The notes: generated from the sequence alone by a model not told the origin. A stretch of 64,000 bases of DNA from Octopus vulgaris (GCA_951406725.2 OX597815.1:98146001-98210000), one strand, 5' to 3'. Shown: positions 1 to 13,190, numbered from the stretch's first letter. Numbers and translations: made by a program.

Positions 1-40
1 CAATAACAATACCAACAGCAATAACAACTACAACACCCTA

Positions 41-97
<57 letters not shown>
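41..97. repeat. (AAT)n microsatellite
   Basis: Pure AAT run seen directly. Confidence 0.95.
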
Positions 98-99
<2 letters not shown>

Positions 100-625
100 T
101 GTCTTTGTCATGAAAATTATAGACGCTTTGAGGAGTGGAATATAAAATAAAATGGATAGGGAAAATATTCAAACTAAAAGATAGAAAATGTAAAAATATA
201 ATTTTGCCATACAAAATGCTCTTTTTCTAAAACGGTGAGTAAAGTTCTTCATCTCCGCCGTTATTCTTCTGAAATTAATGAATTCTTTACACAACCCAAT
301 GTTTGAACTTCAGGCTTGATCCATTCACACACATTAAACCCCAGCTGCACACAACCACACTCCTTCAAAATATCTCCCTAAGCGACAGGTCGTTTAATCC
401 TCGCCACTCAGATAGTGTGTAAATAGAATTCGTGTTATTATTCAAGTGTTGTAATGCCGAACATGCATGATGTGATCTTACCCTCGTCACTTGCAGCTTA
501 ATCCTTGGTATGACAAAAAAACTGCAGCTTCTCAAGATAACTCGATAAGCTGATGGATACGTTCGTTTACAGCTAGTGGTCACAATGTTGCTGATATCTA
601 AAAAATTTATTTCTCTCCCTCTCTC

Positions 626-663
<38 letters not shown>

Positions 664-667
664 CTGC

Positions 668-707
<40 letters not shown>

Positions 708-754
708 GTGTATATGTGTGCATGTACAAATATGTATATATTGCTGTATATATA

Positions 755-795
<41 letters not shown>

Positions 796-800
<5 letters not shown>

Positions 801-1485
801 CCCTCACCACTATCCACACCGCCCTTGCCAGAGCACGGTCCGTGGACCGTGTATCTGCTCTCTCTCCCCGAACCCGCCCTGTAGTCTCCCGCCTCCCTTT
901 TCCCCTCACTTACCACCCCACGACCCTACGTCTCCAACGCACCATTCTTCGAGCTTTCCGTCATCTCCAGTCCGACCCGTCCACTTCACACCTCTTCCCT
1001 AACCGACCCCTCCCCTCTTTCAAACGAGCCCACAACCTTCGAGACCTTTTGGTCCATAGCTCCTTCCCTGACCCTACCTCCCAACCCGGCTCGTTCCCCT
1101 GCTCCCGCCCACGTTGCCGCACTTGCCCTTACCTCTCCAACACCACCCGCCTCACTAGCACCCACCATCGACCCTATCCCATCATCCACTCCTTCACCTG
1201 CACCTCCAGCAATATTATCTATTGCATCTCTTGCTCTCTCTGCAATTCCGTGTACATCGGACAAACGGGATGCCGCTTGGCTGACCGGTTCGCGGAACAC
1301 CTTCGTAACATCCACCTTGCGAACGACACACCGGTCTCACACCATTTCCGCTCCACCGGTCACTCCTTGCAACACCTATCTGTGTTCGGTTTGTCCTTAC
1401 ACAGAGGCCATCCGGATTCCCGTTTGCGCCGTGAACAGAAATTAATCTTCTCTCTTCGCTCTTATACGCCATTTGGTCTCAACTC
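796..1485 (+). pseudogene. Penelope-like element C-terminus: thumb/linker, Cys-rich linker and GIY-YIG endonuclease (RT core missing)
   Basis: Within ORF 668..1744: LPFPLTYHP, FKRAHNLRDLLVHS, CSRPRCRTC, NIIYCISCSLCNSVYIGQTG, RFAEH, SHHF, RLRREQKLIFSLRSYTPFGLN. These are typical Penelope-like GIY-YIG motifs with the CCHH residues. Confidence 0.9.
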
Positions 1486-2105
1486 TCCCCCCTCCTCATC
1501 TAACCCCCCTCTCCCCCCTCCTCACCTATCCTTTCTCCCCCCGACCCCTACTTCTTCAGTCCTTCATCCTTTCACCCCTACTCCCCTTCCCTTCTTCCCT
1601 CTTTCTCCCTCCCTCTTCCCCTTCCCTCTGCTCCCTCACTCCCTCTCTCCCCCTCTCCCTCGTTCCTCCTTCATCCCCCTCCTCCCCTTCCTTCTCCCCC
1701 ATCCTCTCCTCTTCCCCCTTCTCCTCCCCCTCTTCTTCCCCTAGACTTCTCTCCCCCCTCTTCTCCCCCTCTTCTCCCCCTCCCCATCTTCTCCCCCTCT
1801 TCTCCCCCTCCCCCTCTTCTCCTCACTACACCACATGACTTTACACATCACATCACATATGATGTGCCATACTAATACACACACCAACTAATACATACTA
1901 ATACGTACTAATACATACCAGTACATACTAATACTTACACCAACCCTATACATACACACGTCCAGACCCCGCATACGCACTTATACTCTCTCTCACACAC
2001 ACACACACACACCTATACATACCAATACGTACTAATACTTACTAATACATACACCAACCCCATACATACGCACGTCCAGACCAATCTTACGCACTAATAC
2101 TCTCT

Positions 2106-2140
<35 letters not shown>

Positions 2141-2508
2141 ATACATACTAATACATACACCAACCCTATACATACACACATCCAGACCCCTCCCACGCAC
2201 TTTTAGCTGGTCCCTCAACCCTTTTATCAACCCTATTATCTCCCCTTATTTCGCTCTCGCGTCTCATGTTTGATCTTTGACCTCTGGCCGAAATCAGATC
2301 GCCATGTTGATTCGTTAGCTACTGCACGCATTTTTTTTCTCTCCTTCTTTCTGTGTTTTTCTCTCTCTGTGTATCTTTCTGTTGAAGAGCGTAGGCTCGA
2401 AACGTTAAAGACTTGTTTTATTTATATTTCCTGAGCGCCATACTAATACAATTGTTCGTTTGTTTTCCACCTGCCTTCGTCTTTTGTTTATTTTCATAAA
2501 GCTTCCCG

Positions 2509-2510
<2 letters not shown>
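797..2510 (+). mobile_element. 5'-truncated Penelope-like retroelement (Neptune-type) with C/T-rich 3' region and pseudo-LTR, bounded by (TA)n
   Basis: GIY-YIG-coding segment, pyrimidine tract (about 1480-1820), three imperfect ~110-120 bp subrepeats (about 1870-2200), hammerhead-like motif at 2374-2411. Starts immediately after (TA)n and ends at ...cttcccgt|tatata. Confidence 0.88.
2374..2411 (+). ncRNA. Minimal type I hammerhead-like motif (variant core) in Penelope pseudo-LTR
   Basis: UCUUU-CUGUUGA-A-GAGC(GUAG)GCUC-GAAA-CG-UU-AAAGA: 5-bp stem I, 4-bp stem II, palindromic AACGUU at stem III. Confidence 0.6.
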
Positions 2511-2548
<38 letters not shown>

Positions 2549-2771
2549 AGAGAGAGAGAGTGAGGGAGAGAGAGGGAGAAATAAATTCTATGTCCAGTGT
2601 TGCTGCGATTCAACGAATCAAGTAAGATCCCTATAGGAAGCACATCTCCGCCCTGTTAAACAGATAGTACTAAAGCAGCGTTCTTAGAGAGACTGTTCGA
2701 TTGTAATACCCTTCGATTTCATAAAAATTATCAACACTGTCATAGGTAACATCAATATTACCACTAACATA

Positions 2772-3230
2772 AAGGCAACGAACTGGCAGAATCGTCAGCG
2801 CGCCGGGCGAAATGCTTAGCGGTATTTCGTCTGTCGCTACGTTCTGTGTTCAAATTCCGCCGAGGTCGACTTTGCCTTTCATCCTTTCGGGGTCGATAAA
2901 TTAAGTACCAGTCACGCACTGGGGTCGATGTAATCGACTTAATACCTATGTCTGTCCTTGTTTGTCCCCTCTATGTTTAGCCCCTTGTGGGTAATAAAGA
3001 AATAGGTATTTCGTCTGCCCTTACGTTCTGAGTTCAAATTCCGACTTTGCCTATCATCCTTTCAGGGTCGATAAATTAAGTACCAGTAAGGCACTGGGGT
3101 CGATGTAATCGGCTTAATCCCTTTGTCTGTCCTTGTTTGTTCCCTCTATGTTTAGCCCCTTGTGGGCAATAAAAAAATAAGAAGCGTTATCGCGTCAGAA
3201 AAATTGCTTAGCTGCATATCTTCCGACTTT
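2772..3230 (+). mobile_element. tRNA-derived SINE family B, tandem copies (one full, one 5'-truncated, one short remnant)
   Basis: A-box-like TGGCAGAATCG and B-box-like GTTCAAATTCC. The body gactttgcctttcatcctttcggggtcgataaattaagtacc is duplicated and recurs many times in the window. Confidence 0.85.
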
Positions 3231-3603
3231 ACAGTTTCCAACAAAATCTAAAAAGACAAAATCAATAACTCCTCAGCAAGGGAGCCTGCAAGTAGTCGGT
3301 CAATCTGCTAGAAATAGATGCTTATTCTCCATAAAATCATATGCTATCATCATATAAATCGGTGCGAATCCTGAATGTACAAAAATATTTTGCTACAAAA
3401 ATTATCAACACTCACATAAACCTTAACAAACACATTAGTAATATTTCTACATACATTGATAGAATTCATACACATACTGATCGCATTCCAAACATCTCTA
3501 GGATTAAGAAAGATCTTTATAAAACTCTGGAATTACTTCAAATCTTTACCTGATACAATTTTATTTTTTCAAGTCAAAAGAATACATTGAATTATATCAA
3601 TGA

Positions 3604-4407
3604 CTAGCAGCATAGCCCGGCGTTGCCCGGGTATGTAAGAACCCCTAGTAGGCAACGACTAATCCCAATCTAGTCCTTTCCCTCTAGGGAACGAAGGCGC
3701 ATGTGTAGGTTGCAATGTCTTCTCTCCACTCCCAAATAACTATCAAACAGCTATCGATAATTCAACCCAAACAATTCCTACCAGGAAGAAATTACATTCG
3801 AGACTTTACCCCCAACACCGCCACTTCTGCTAATAGCCGCTGCAGCCGCAAGTTATTCGGATAAATTTTAAAAAAAATTTCTTTATAACTACCACCCCAA
3901 ACGTTTTACCTTAAATTTTTGACGTACCCTAAGGGTCCTCGGACGCTACTTGCAAACTCTTGGTTTATTATAAACCGCTTTTGTCGTGTGCATCAAAAAA
4001 CCTTTTCCATTCGTTTGTTCAGTTTGGTCACTTTTGACTTTTTCGTTGTTGTCACTCACATTGCTGCCCGCTTTTTTGCCTTTTTTGTACATTTTTATAC
4101 ATTTTGGGATACTTACCCCACGTGTTCCGAGAGTTAAAATGGTCGAGATGCGTCCCCTAGACAGTCTGTAGAAAATGTGTTGCATATAAAAAGCTTAGAT
4201 TCTCGACCCATGTCGAATTTATCGATTTTTTTCAGAACTGGGGGAACTTTTCAAAATTTTCGCTGCGTTAGTTTTGAATTATGACATTGGGCTACGTGTG
4301 TGTCAAGTTTCATCAGAATCGGTTGAAAGCCGTGGTCAGGGTGAGGGTACAACCTGACAGACACACAAACACACAGACAGACAAACTGCCGTTTATATAT
4401 AGAGAGA
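3604..4407 (-). mobile_element. Non-autonomous Helitron
   Basis: Minus strand: A|TC start (tctctctatatataaacggc), internal microsatellite, 3' hairpin CCCGG-gcaacg-CCGGG, CTAG|T end, no TSD. Closely matches 25546-25917 in shared parts. Confidence 0.85.
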
Positions 4408-5225
4408 TATGCAAAACAGATTGAATGGAACACATTGAACCAGAAGAGTTTCGAATCAGTCCTGATGATCCGGAACTAAATGTAACCGATATCATTTTCA
4501 GAAGCATTAGGCTGTCACAATGATATGAAATTATCACATAACGAAAAAGGATTCACGGCTCTTTAAAATTCATTTCATCTGAGATACTATAAAAGTCTAT
4601 AAAAGCGTTATAGCGTCGGACAGAATAGCTTAGAGTAATCATTCCGGTTGTCTGCGTTCTAGGTCCTAATCTTTCTGTGGTCATCTTTGCGTTTCATGCC
4701 TTAGGGGTCATCATGTAAACTACGACTCGGGTATAGCAGTCCATTCCTCCATCGCTACCTCCTCCTCCTCCCTCTCTCTCTCCCTGTCTCTCCCTCTTTT
4801 CTCTCTCTCTTTTTCTCTCTCCCGCTCTCTCTTTTTCTCTCTCTTTCTCTCTTTCTCCTTCTATCTTTTTTTTTCTCCCTCTATCTTCCTCTTTCTTTCT
4901 CCCCCTCTCTCTCTCTTAAATAAAAGGGATATTAGTTTGTCGATCCTGATATAAAGACTGCGTAGTCAGGCTTGGAACGACTTTAGTTTTAGGTCTACTT
5001 GATTAAGGCAGACCTGGGATTGGACAATGACCATAACATCACTAGCTGATACCATATATGCTCATTCGCTCAATCGCTCTTCATCAACAACATCATGATC
5101 ACCGTCATGATCATCATGATCATCATTATCATCATCATAATTATAAGTGCGAATGTTTTTATAAGTAAGTTGAACCTCGCAAAATACATCAACAATTATC
5201 TCTACTATTATCCTCAATATAGACA

Positions 5226-5412
5226 AAGCTGGCAGAATCGTTAGCACGGCGGAAAAAAAGCTTAGCGGCATTTCGTCTGTCTTTATGTTCTGAGTTCAAC
5301 TTTGCCTTTCATCATTTCAGTGCTGATAAAATAAGTACCAGTTGAATACTGGCATCGATGTAATCGACTTACCCCTCCTCCGAAACAGCTCACCTTGTGC
5401 CAAAATTTGAAA
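5226..5412 (+). mobile_element. SINE family B copy followed by (ATT)n
   Basis: Homologous to 2772-3004 over the head and body. Confidence 0.8.
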
Positions 5413-5413
5413 C

Positions 5414-5509
<96 letters not shown>

Positions 5510-5513
5510 CACT

Positions 5514-6071
5514 ATTGAGTGAGAGAGCAGTGCACGTCATCAAAGTGACACTGGGGTAAAATATACGAAGCCCAGTATACCCATCATGACTACCCGTCTG
5601 ATAAGGGTACACCAGACACATGCATCACAACCAAATGTGCGTGACATGGTGATCTCATATCAAGATAAACAGCGCATGACCTTGCAGGTGGGGGGCCAAG
5701 TTAGAATTTTCTAGTCGAGTAACCCATCCCGCTCTAAAGGTCCCTGAATAAGGATTGTTTAAGGCTATTGAACGAACCACCCATGTTTCCAAAGGCGAAT
5801 TATCCAAATCTCCATGAATTCCTTTCAATATACGGCTATGATGCTCCTCCACTACTTCTGCTCATGGTCAGAGATGCACATATCGTCAGCCACCAAAGGA
5901 TATGGTCAACTGGTTACGGTCAAACAACTGACAAGCAAATCTGTGGTATTGAGCAAAATATTTGCTGTAGCTCATCTTTTATACCAAGACAAAACAATGT
6001 ACATGATAACACTTCCAATCAGTTAAGATCAGAAGCCATGAGAGCCACTGTCTGGTACTGCATCAGGGCAA
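5514..6071. mobile_element. ~560-bp non-coding insert within an (ATT)n tract; probable microsatellite-associated element
   Basis: Complex sequence sharply bounded by (ATT)n on both sides (5414-5509 and 6072-6195). No convincing protein. Confidence 0.4.
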
Positions 6072-6119
6072 ATTATTATTATTATTGTTGTTGTTGTTGT
6101 TATTATTATTATTGTTTTA

Positions 6120-6186
<67 letters not shown>

Positions 6187-6204
6187 GTTATTATTACTAT
6201 TTGT

Positions 6205-6390
6205 TTCGAAAGTTGGCACTAGGCCAGCAATTTCGAGGGAAGGGACAAATCGATTACATCGACCTCAGTACTCAACTGGCATTTATTTTATCGATATCGG
6301 AAAGATGAAAGGCAAAGTCGACCTTAACAGCATTTGAACAGAGAAAGTGAAGATGGATGAAATGCCACTAAGCATTTTGCCTGGCGTGCA
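6205..6390 (-). mobile_element. SINE family B copy
   Basis: Reverse complement of the family B body (gatgaaaggcaaagtcgacc...atttgaac). Confidence 0.75.
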
Positions 6391-6939
6391 ACTGATATTA
6401 CTTATATCTTATTAAGCTTTATACACACAACAATTGATACACAGTAATGACAAATCCACTGTTGCCGGTACTAAATAATGCGTATCATTGAAACTATATG
6501 TGACTAGCAGTGAGAAGAATATGTACAGAAACGTCAGATAGTATATTTTGATTTTGCTGCTCCGTGAATAGCCTGAAGTGCTGAATAAGAGCAATGTATA
6601 ACAATTTCAATGACTATAAGACCTATGACAAAGTCAATGAAAGTAAGCCCTTGTGAACGAATCAGATGTCTGCTCTGTGATGGATATCTTGCAATGGACG
6701 AAAATAATGTGAAATATTATATAGGACATTATGTATCAGATGGTACTGAAAAAACGAATGAAAATCAAACGCCGAGGCTGAACTTTAGTGCATTACCGAT
6801 CATAATTAAATAATTCCAGTCGTAATCACTCCGTTCCCCATTTAATTGTATACTAAGAACTACGGTGTCAAGTGTAACCTCCTTTTTGAAGGTAGTCTGT
6901 GTTTTGAGAGTGTAGAATCAATTTTTTTCCACATGACAT

Positions 6940-8051
6940 TCGATGATGATGACGATGATGATGGTGATGTCGACGACGACGAAGATTGTGACAACGACGA
7001 CGATTGTGACAACGATGAGACGACGGTGATGTTCATGCTGCTGCTGATAATGATGGTGACAATAATGATGACGATGACGACGGTGATGACGATGATGATA
7101 ATGATAATGATGATGATGAGGAAGAGGAGGAGGACGACAACAACAACGACGACAACGATGATGATGATGATGTCGGTTTTAAGGACAATAATGAAAATGA
7201 TTATATCGACGAAGACGACAAAGCCGATAATGACGATGATGAAGGTGATGACGGCGGCGGTGGTGGGGGCGCGGGAGCGGCGGGTTCGCGAGGGCGGTAG
7301 GGGCACGGTGACGTGGGGCGGCGGCGGCGGTAGGGGCACGGTGACGTGGGGCGGCGGCGGCGGTAGTGGTGGTGATTTCAGCTGAGATAACGACAGTGTA
7401 TTTAACTAGAGAATAACACTGAGTGTTTAAGTGTTACTTCGATTTTTGCGAAATTTGTTGTAATAATTTTTTAAAATTTTATTTTGGATTCTCGTTTATC
7501 TTTTTCTACTTTCGCTGAGACCGTCTCTTCCATTGAGATGTGTCTCGTGTGTTTGACAAGTAGTCAATTGGAGACGTTCGTTTTTATTGTCATTAACGCC
7601 ACCACACCTACATCCTACATCACTGCCACAAATTTCACAACACCACCACCACCACTACCACTAGACCACTGCCGCCACCAGCTTTACCATTACAACCATC
7701 ACCACTACCACCGATCACCACCGCCACCACCATCACTGCAAACGCTGTCATCAACGCCATCATCGCCGTCGCCAACACTACTACGAAGACTACGAATTCC
7801 AACGCCACCACCATCATCATCATTCTTCTCTCCATCCTCCTCCTCATCATCATCGACGTCATGGTGATTATTAAAACCGTCATTATTAAATACCTATTAA
7901 CATCCTCATCAGTATCCCCCTCCTATTACACCTCATATTTTTCATCATTATCATCATTATCATCATTATCATTATCATCATCCTCGTCGACGTCATCATC
8001 ATCATCAACAACATCATTATCGTCGTCGTCGTCATCATTCCTATAGTATTG

Positions 8052-8082
<31 letters not shown>

Positions 8083-8120
8083 TGATGATGATGATAATAA
8101 TAATAATAATAATAATAATA

Positions 8121-8182
<62 letters not shown>

Positions 8183-8213
8183 CATTATTGTCATTATTAT
8201 TATTATTATTATA

Positions 8214-8245
<32 letters not shown>
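6940..8245. repeat. Compound trinucleotide low-complexity region: (GAT/GAC)n, GGC-rich, (CAC/CAT)n, (AAT)n/(ATT)n
   Basis: Seen directly. It generates the poly-D/M/T/S/I ORFs in the track. Confidence 0.9.
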
Positions 8246-8592
8246 GAATAATTTCATCGGTGATGTTTATATTACTATTGGTGTTATAAAAATTTTACTA
8301 AGTTTTATAGAGTCTCTCTCTCTCTCTCTCCCTCAGGCACACACACACATACTCACACACACACACACACACTCATGTAGGAGTGTGGGGGTGTATAGTT
8401 AAATGAATACAATTTATATGTATATGAATGTATATATATACATACATATATATATATATACACACAACTACATACATACATGCATCCATTCATAAATATA
8501 TATAATATGCATATATGTGTGAATATATATATATATATATATATATTCACACGCACACACATATATATATCTGCATATATATATATGTGTAT

Positions 8593-8672
<80 letters not shown>

Positions 8673-8943
8673 GTGTGTGTGTATCTGCAGGTATGTACAC
8701 ACACACTCACACACACATATACACACATATGTATATGTGTATGTATAATATGATTTTTTTATTAGGGCATTTTCTCAATAATTTTTTGAATCCTCATTCG
8801 TTTCCAACGTTACTGCTGTCCGCCTGTACGTGTGCACATCCGTGGAAGTGTGTATGCACTGTGCACTGTGGACCTCTCTCAATATCTATAAGACAACAAA
8901 TGTAGTAAATGTTTGTATGTGAGTCTACGTGCGCGTTCGTGTG

Positions 8944-9003
<60 letters not shown>

Positions 9004-9547
9004 CGTCGATGCACACACGTGCATGAAGTGCATTTTTCTTCATCAGTATTCCCGTATAAAACCGACTGATTTCAATCTGTCTAATTGAATTGATGTTTTA
9101 TAAAACCGACAATTAAAAGCTCATTGATATCCATTTAATGTGAAGTGGCAAAAGTTTGAGAAAAACCGTTGCGAAATGCACACACACACATATACACACA
9201 TAGATACGAGCATACATACAAACTCGTGGGCCCATACACATGTATGTGCGTTTGCGTGCACAAACATATGCGCACACAGAGACTTCACACATCGACATTT
9301 CACATGTGTACACGTTCAAAAGCACATTAACAAACTTATGCAGTATAACGAACACGTACATTCATATGCATGTATATTTATGTGTACATTCCTATGTATG
9401 TAAGTGTGCGCGTGTGCGCATGTGTATGTGTGTGTGTTTGTATATATATATATATATATGCGTGTGTATATATTCATATGTGAATATATATATATTTGTG
9501 TGTGTGCATGTGTGTATGTATGTATGCATAAGTAGGCATATGTACTG

Positions 9548-9581
<34 letters not shown>

Positions 9582-9645
9582 ATGCGTGTGTGTGTGTGTT
9601 TGTGTGTGTGCGTATGTGTCTTTGTGTGTGTGTATGTGTGTGTGT

Positions 9646-9705
<60 letters not shown>

Positions 9706-9984
9706 TGAGAGAGAGAGAGAGAAAGAGAGTGATTTTAATGTAGGTGCGGTATATGAATGTAGGCACATGTGGTGGAATAGTGAATAAATAACGATAGTAA
9801 CAACCAGAGCGTAGGTAAAACAACAACTAAGCAACAATAAAAACAATAAAACAATAAAAACAATAAAAACAATAAAAATTCTCAGTAATAACAATATTAG
9901 CTCCTTTATTTGATTATATATGTATTGGTTTTTTATATATCAATGAAATCGATCAAATTATTTTATCAAATTAAGCTGTTTGAT

Positions 9985-10417
9985 ATTCTTTTCTACTCTA
10001 GGCAGAAGGCTCGAAATTTTTGGGGAGGGAGCAGCCGATTAGATCGACCCCCAGTACGCAAGTGATACTTAATTTATCAACCTCGACAGGATGAAAGGCA
10101 AAGTCGACCTCGGCGGCATTTGAATTCAGTACATAAACACAGACGAAATACCGCTGTGCATTCCGCCTGTCTTGCTAGCGTTTCTTATAGCTTTATTGCC
10201 CACAAGGAGCTAAACATAGAGGGAACAAACAAGGACAGACAAAGGGATTAAGTCGATTACATCGACCCCAGTGCTTAGCTGTTACTTAATTTATCGACCC
10301 CGAGAGCAGGAAAGGCAAAGTCGACCTCGGCGGAATTTGAACTCAGAATGTAAGGGCAGACGAAATACCGCTAAGCATTTCACCTGGCGTGCTAACGTTT
10401 CTGCCAGCTCACCGGCT
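9985..10417 (-). mobile_element. Two tandem SINE family B copies
   Basis: Reverse complement of family B at about 9985-10185 and 10190-10417. A further degenerate copy lies at about 10605-10760. Confidence 0.8.
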
Positions 10418-10512
10418 TTAAACTGTTTAATATTATTACAATTTGTTTCAGACGTTGAATCCTATTTCCTCCGCTTGCCTGTAGAGTTTCTATCGAACTA
10501 TTTCTATGTATG

Positions 10513-10573
<61 letters not shown>

Positions 10574-10961
10574 GCACACATATACATAATTAAATTATAA
10601 TAATGATTTCAAATTTTAGAACGGGACAAGTAATTTCCAGGAAGCGGGTACATCGATTGAATCGAGACCAGTACTCAATTTGAACTTCAAACGTAAAAGC
10701 AGGCAAAATACCGATAAGCATTTCGGCCGGTTTGCTAACGATTCTACGACCTCGCCGTCTTACATGTAAATTATAGTGATGAAGTCAAACCAAAGAGTAA
10801 TATCTTGAAATCATTCACTACGTAAGTTTCAGGTCTGCGTAATATGTAATAGGAAGTGCATTCTTTACATAAGACCTATTACTTATTTTCTCCAATTTCC
10901 ATTATTCTGATAGATATATATATAAGCGCAGGAGTGGCTGTGTGGTAAGTAGCTTGCTTAC

Positions 10962-13190
10962 TTCCCATGACGCTCTGTTGTCAGTGTGCGCATGTGTCAT
11001 TGTGGTGGCACTGAAGAAGATAGGCGGCAGTGTTTAGCCTGCCAAAAGAAGCTGCTGCAAGGTAAGACTTTTTTCTCTTGGACCCAGTGAGGGTCGTTGT
11101 CTGTGCTTGTATTTTTTACAAACAAGGATTCCACACTGGATTCTGGATGTTGGTCTATTTGCGGTTCAGCAATATGGTTCATATTAAATGAAAATTTTTT
11201 CTCATTGTGAGAAGTACAATTTGGTGTGCGTATCCTTCAACTAAACGTTGTTCACTTTATAACATTGAATGTTTTTTACTATTGGAAAGCTGTATTTTAA
11301 GTGTTCACATGAAGAGAAATTTTTTTCTCATTGTGAGTAATATAGTTTGGTGACGTATCCTGCCACCATAAGTCGTTCGCTGTTTGTAAATAGTGTATAT
11401 TTTACAACTACGTTGTAAAGCTGTATTTCAAGTGGAGCAGTCTAGGTTCTAATTGGAGTACCATAGGGTTGGAGTGCCTGAATTCCCAGAAGATTTTTTG
11501 CTGCGTTTTTTTTAACTGTTGTGTTTTTCTATTGTGACTTTTTATCGAACTGTTTGCATTTTTTCGTCCTTTTTGTTTTCTTTTGAATTCTCTCCTTTTT
11601 TTGGACTTTTTTATTTTTTAATTTAAAACATGGCAAAAAAAATACGGATAAGATTGTAGAGTGGGAGATTGTCCCACATAAGGAATGGCTCAGACAGCAA
11701 GAAGAGGGGACGGTGGTGTTGAGAACGTATTCGAAGTTTCTGGACACCATTACCGTCTTCTCCAAGTAGATGTTTAAACAGGTGTTGGCTGAACATCTGC
11801 CAACCATTAAGTATATCTCTAGGGGAGTCAAACATACAACGGTGTGGTTGTTGTTTGACACCCCAGCGGAGGCTCGCAGTTTTGCGAGCCAGCCCATTGA
11901 GGGTAAAGAAATCTTGTTTCTTCCCACTTATTGTGAGAAAAATTTGACGAGAGCCTGGGTCTGTGGTTTGCCACACGGAATTGAACCCCAGTGGATAGAG
12001 GATGCTATCCATTGGGGTCTGGGTGGCAGCGGAGCTAGACTCCTTAATGTGAAAATTCTTCCTGCGGCTGATTGGGTTGGGTCAAAAGCTGTTTTTACCC
12101 TGTGGACTCAATCAGCCATGAATCTGTTTATACCAGATTTGTTTTTACGTGGTTAGGTGCAGGTACCCGGTGATTCCTGAGGGTCTCCCCCCCCCAGGTG
12201 TCATCGGTGCCTGGAGCATGGCTATATAAAGAAAAACTGTCCCCAGGAACAAAGCAAAGTCCTCGAGCAGTCAATTGAGACCGCTGTAGAAGACAGAACG
12301 AAGGCGGCTGAGGAGACGGAGGACTCCTCAGGGAAGAGCCGCAAGAGGAAGAAGGTGAGCAACAATGTGTGCTCACAGAAGGATCCTAAGGATGAGGGAG
12401 GGGAGGGGAATATCCCGTTCACGGAGGAGATACACACTCCCTTATTTGAGAGGAAAAAAGAGGAAGAGGAAGGGAAGCGGGACATTGCCGGCAGTCGGTG
12501 ACATAGCACTGGAATGTCCCAGAATCTTTCCGGTAGGGGTTGTGCCACCGACAGGGGAACGGTAGAATTGACTACCTCGACCCCGGAGGAAGAGGAACTA
12601 CTGGTCTTCTACAGAGGCGGAGAGGTAGAAGAGGTGGTGGAAAAGTACCATATGGGAGTACCTTTAACCTTCACACAGGATCCCGAATGACCTCCGCAGA
12701 TAGATGTGGAAATCATAACAGTGTCTGTGGGGTTTAGGCTGCAGGACTCAGTGAGGAATATCGCTTGTGGCCGAGCGACGCCGGCTTGGATCCCGCCTTG
12801 GTCTCGAATGAGGCGTGGGGGGTTGGTGGAGTATACGGGTGCAAGCAATGTTGGGGAGGAATAATGACAAGAGGTTGAAAAGCCTCAGTGTTTTAATGCT
12901 TAATGTTTATTGCATGTTATTGTGTTTAAGACGCTTAACGCCCCGCCCCATTCCTTAAATGGACTGTTAGTCCAAAAATTGAAAAACTGACGTAAGACGT
13001 TCATTAACTCGTTTTGTCTTTTTCTGTGGAAAAAAAAGAAGAGAATAATGTTTTAGAGAAGCAGAAAATCGGAGGGTGTTTTTTGTCTTCTCCCATTAAT
13101 ATCATCCTTATCATCATTCACCTCATCAATGTCTTTATCCAGCCCGCAAGATACTCTGTATCATGTCTTTATGGCAACATTTTTGAAATA
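10962..13190 (+). mobile_element. ORF1-only non-LTR retroposon (HAL1-like, possibly Tx1/L1-derived), non-autonomous
   Basis: 15-bp TSD AAGTAGCTTGCT(T/A)AC at 10947-10961 and 13191-13205. Ends in AATAAA (overlapping the TSD). One disrupted ORF with a zinc knuckle; no RT or endonuclease. Confidence 0.75.
11630..12864 (+). pseudogene. LINE ORF1p-like nucleic-acid-binding protein with degenerate CCHC zinc knuckle (stops and frameshifts)
   Basis: MAKKNTDKIVEWEIVPHKEWLRQQEEGTVVLRTY...IKYISRG...RAWVCGLPHGIEPQWI...YPVIPEGLPP-RCHRCLEHGYIKKNCP (12199-12240, His replaced by Tyr), followed by a charged tail containing KSRKRKK. Confidence 0.65.

Noticed and set aside
482-597. Possible minus-strand exon (ttttag|...GAGG|gtaaga; ISNIVTTSCKRTYPSAYRVILR...)
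   Set aside because: Weak polypyrimidine tract and unrecognised peptide; not distinguishable from chance.
1870-2200. Repeats with spacers resembling a CRISPR array
   Set aside because: Imperfect low-complexity subrepeats inside a eukaryotic Penelope 3' region; no cas genes and no constant repeat.
2267-2296. GATCT-TTGAC...GAAA-TC-AGATC as a second hammerhead in the pseudo-LTR
   Set aside because: A stem I-like pairing exists, but the core lacks GA at positions 8-9 and there is no proper stem II.
2772-2870. tRNA gene
   Set aside because: A and B boxes belong to multi-copy SINE heads; no complete cloverleaf was found.
4462-4500. CTGATGA motif as a hammerhead core
   Set aside because: No GAAA after the putative stem II and no closing stem I.
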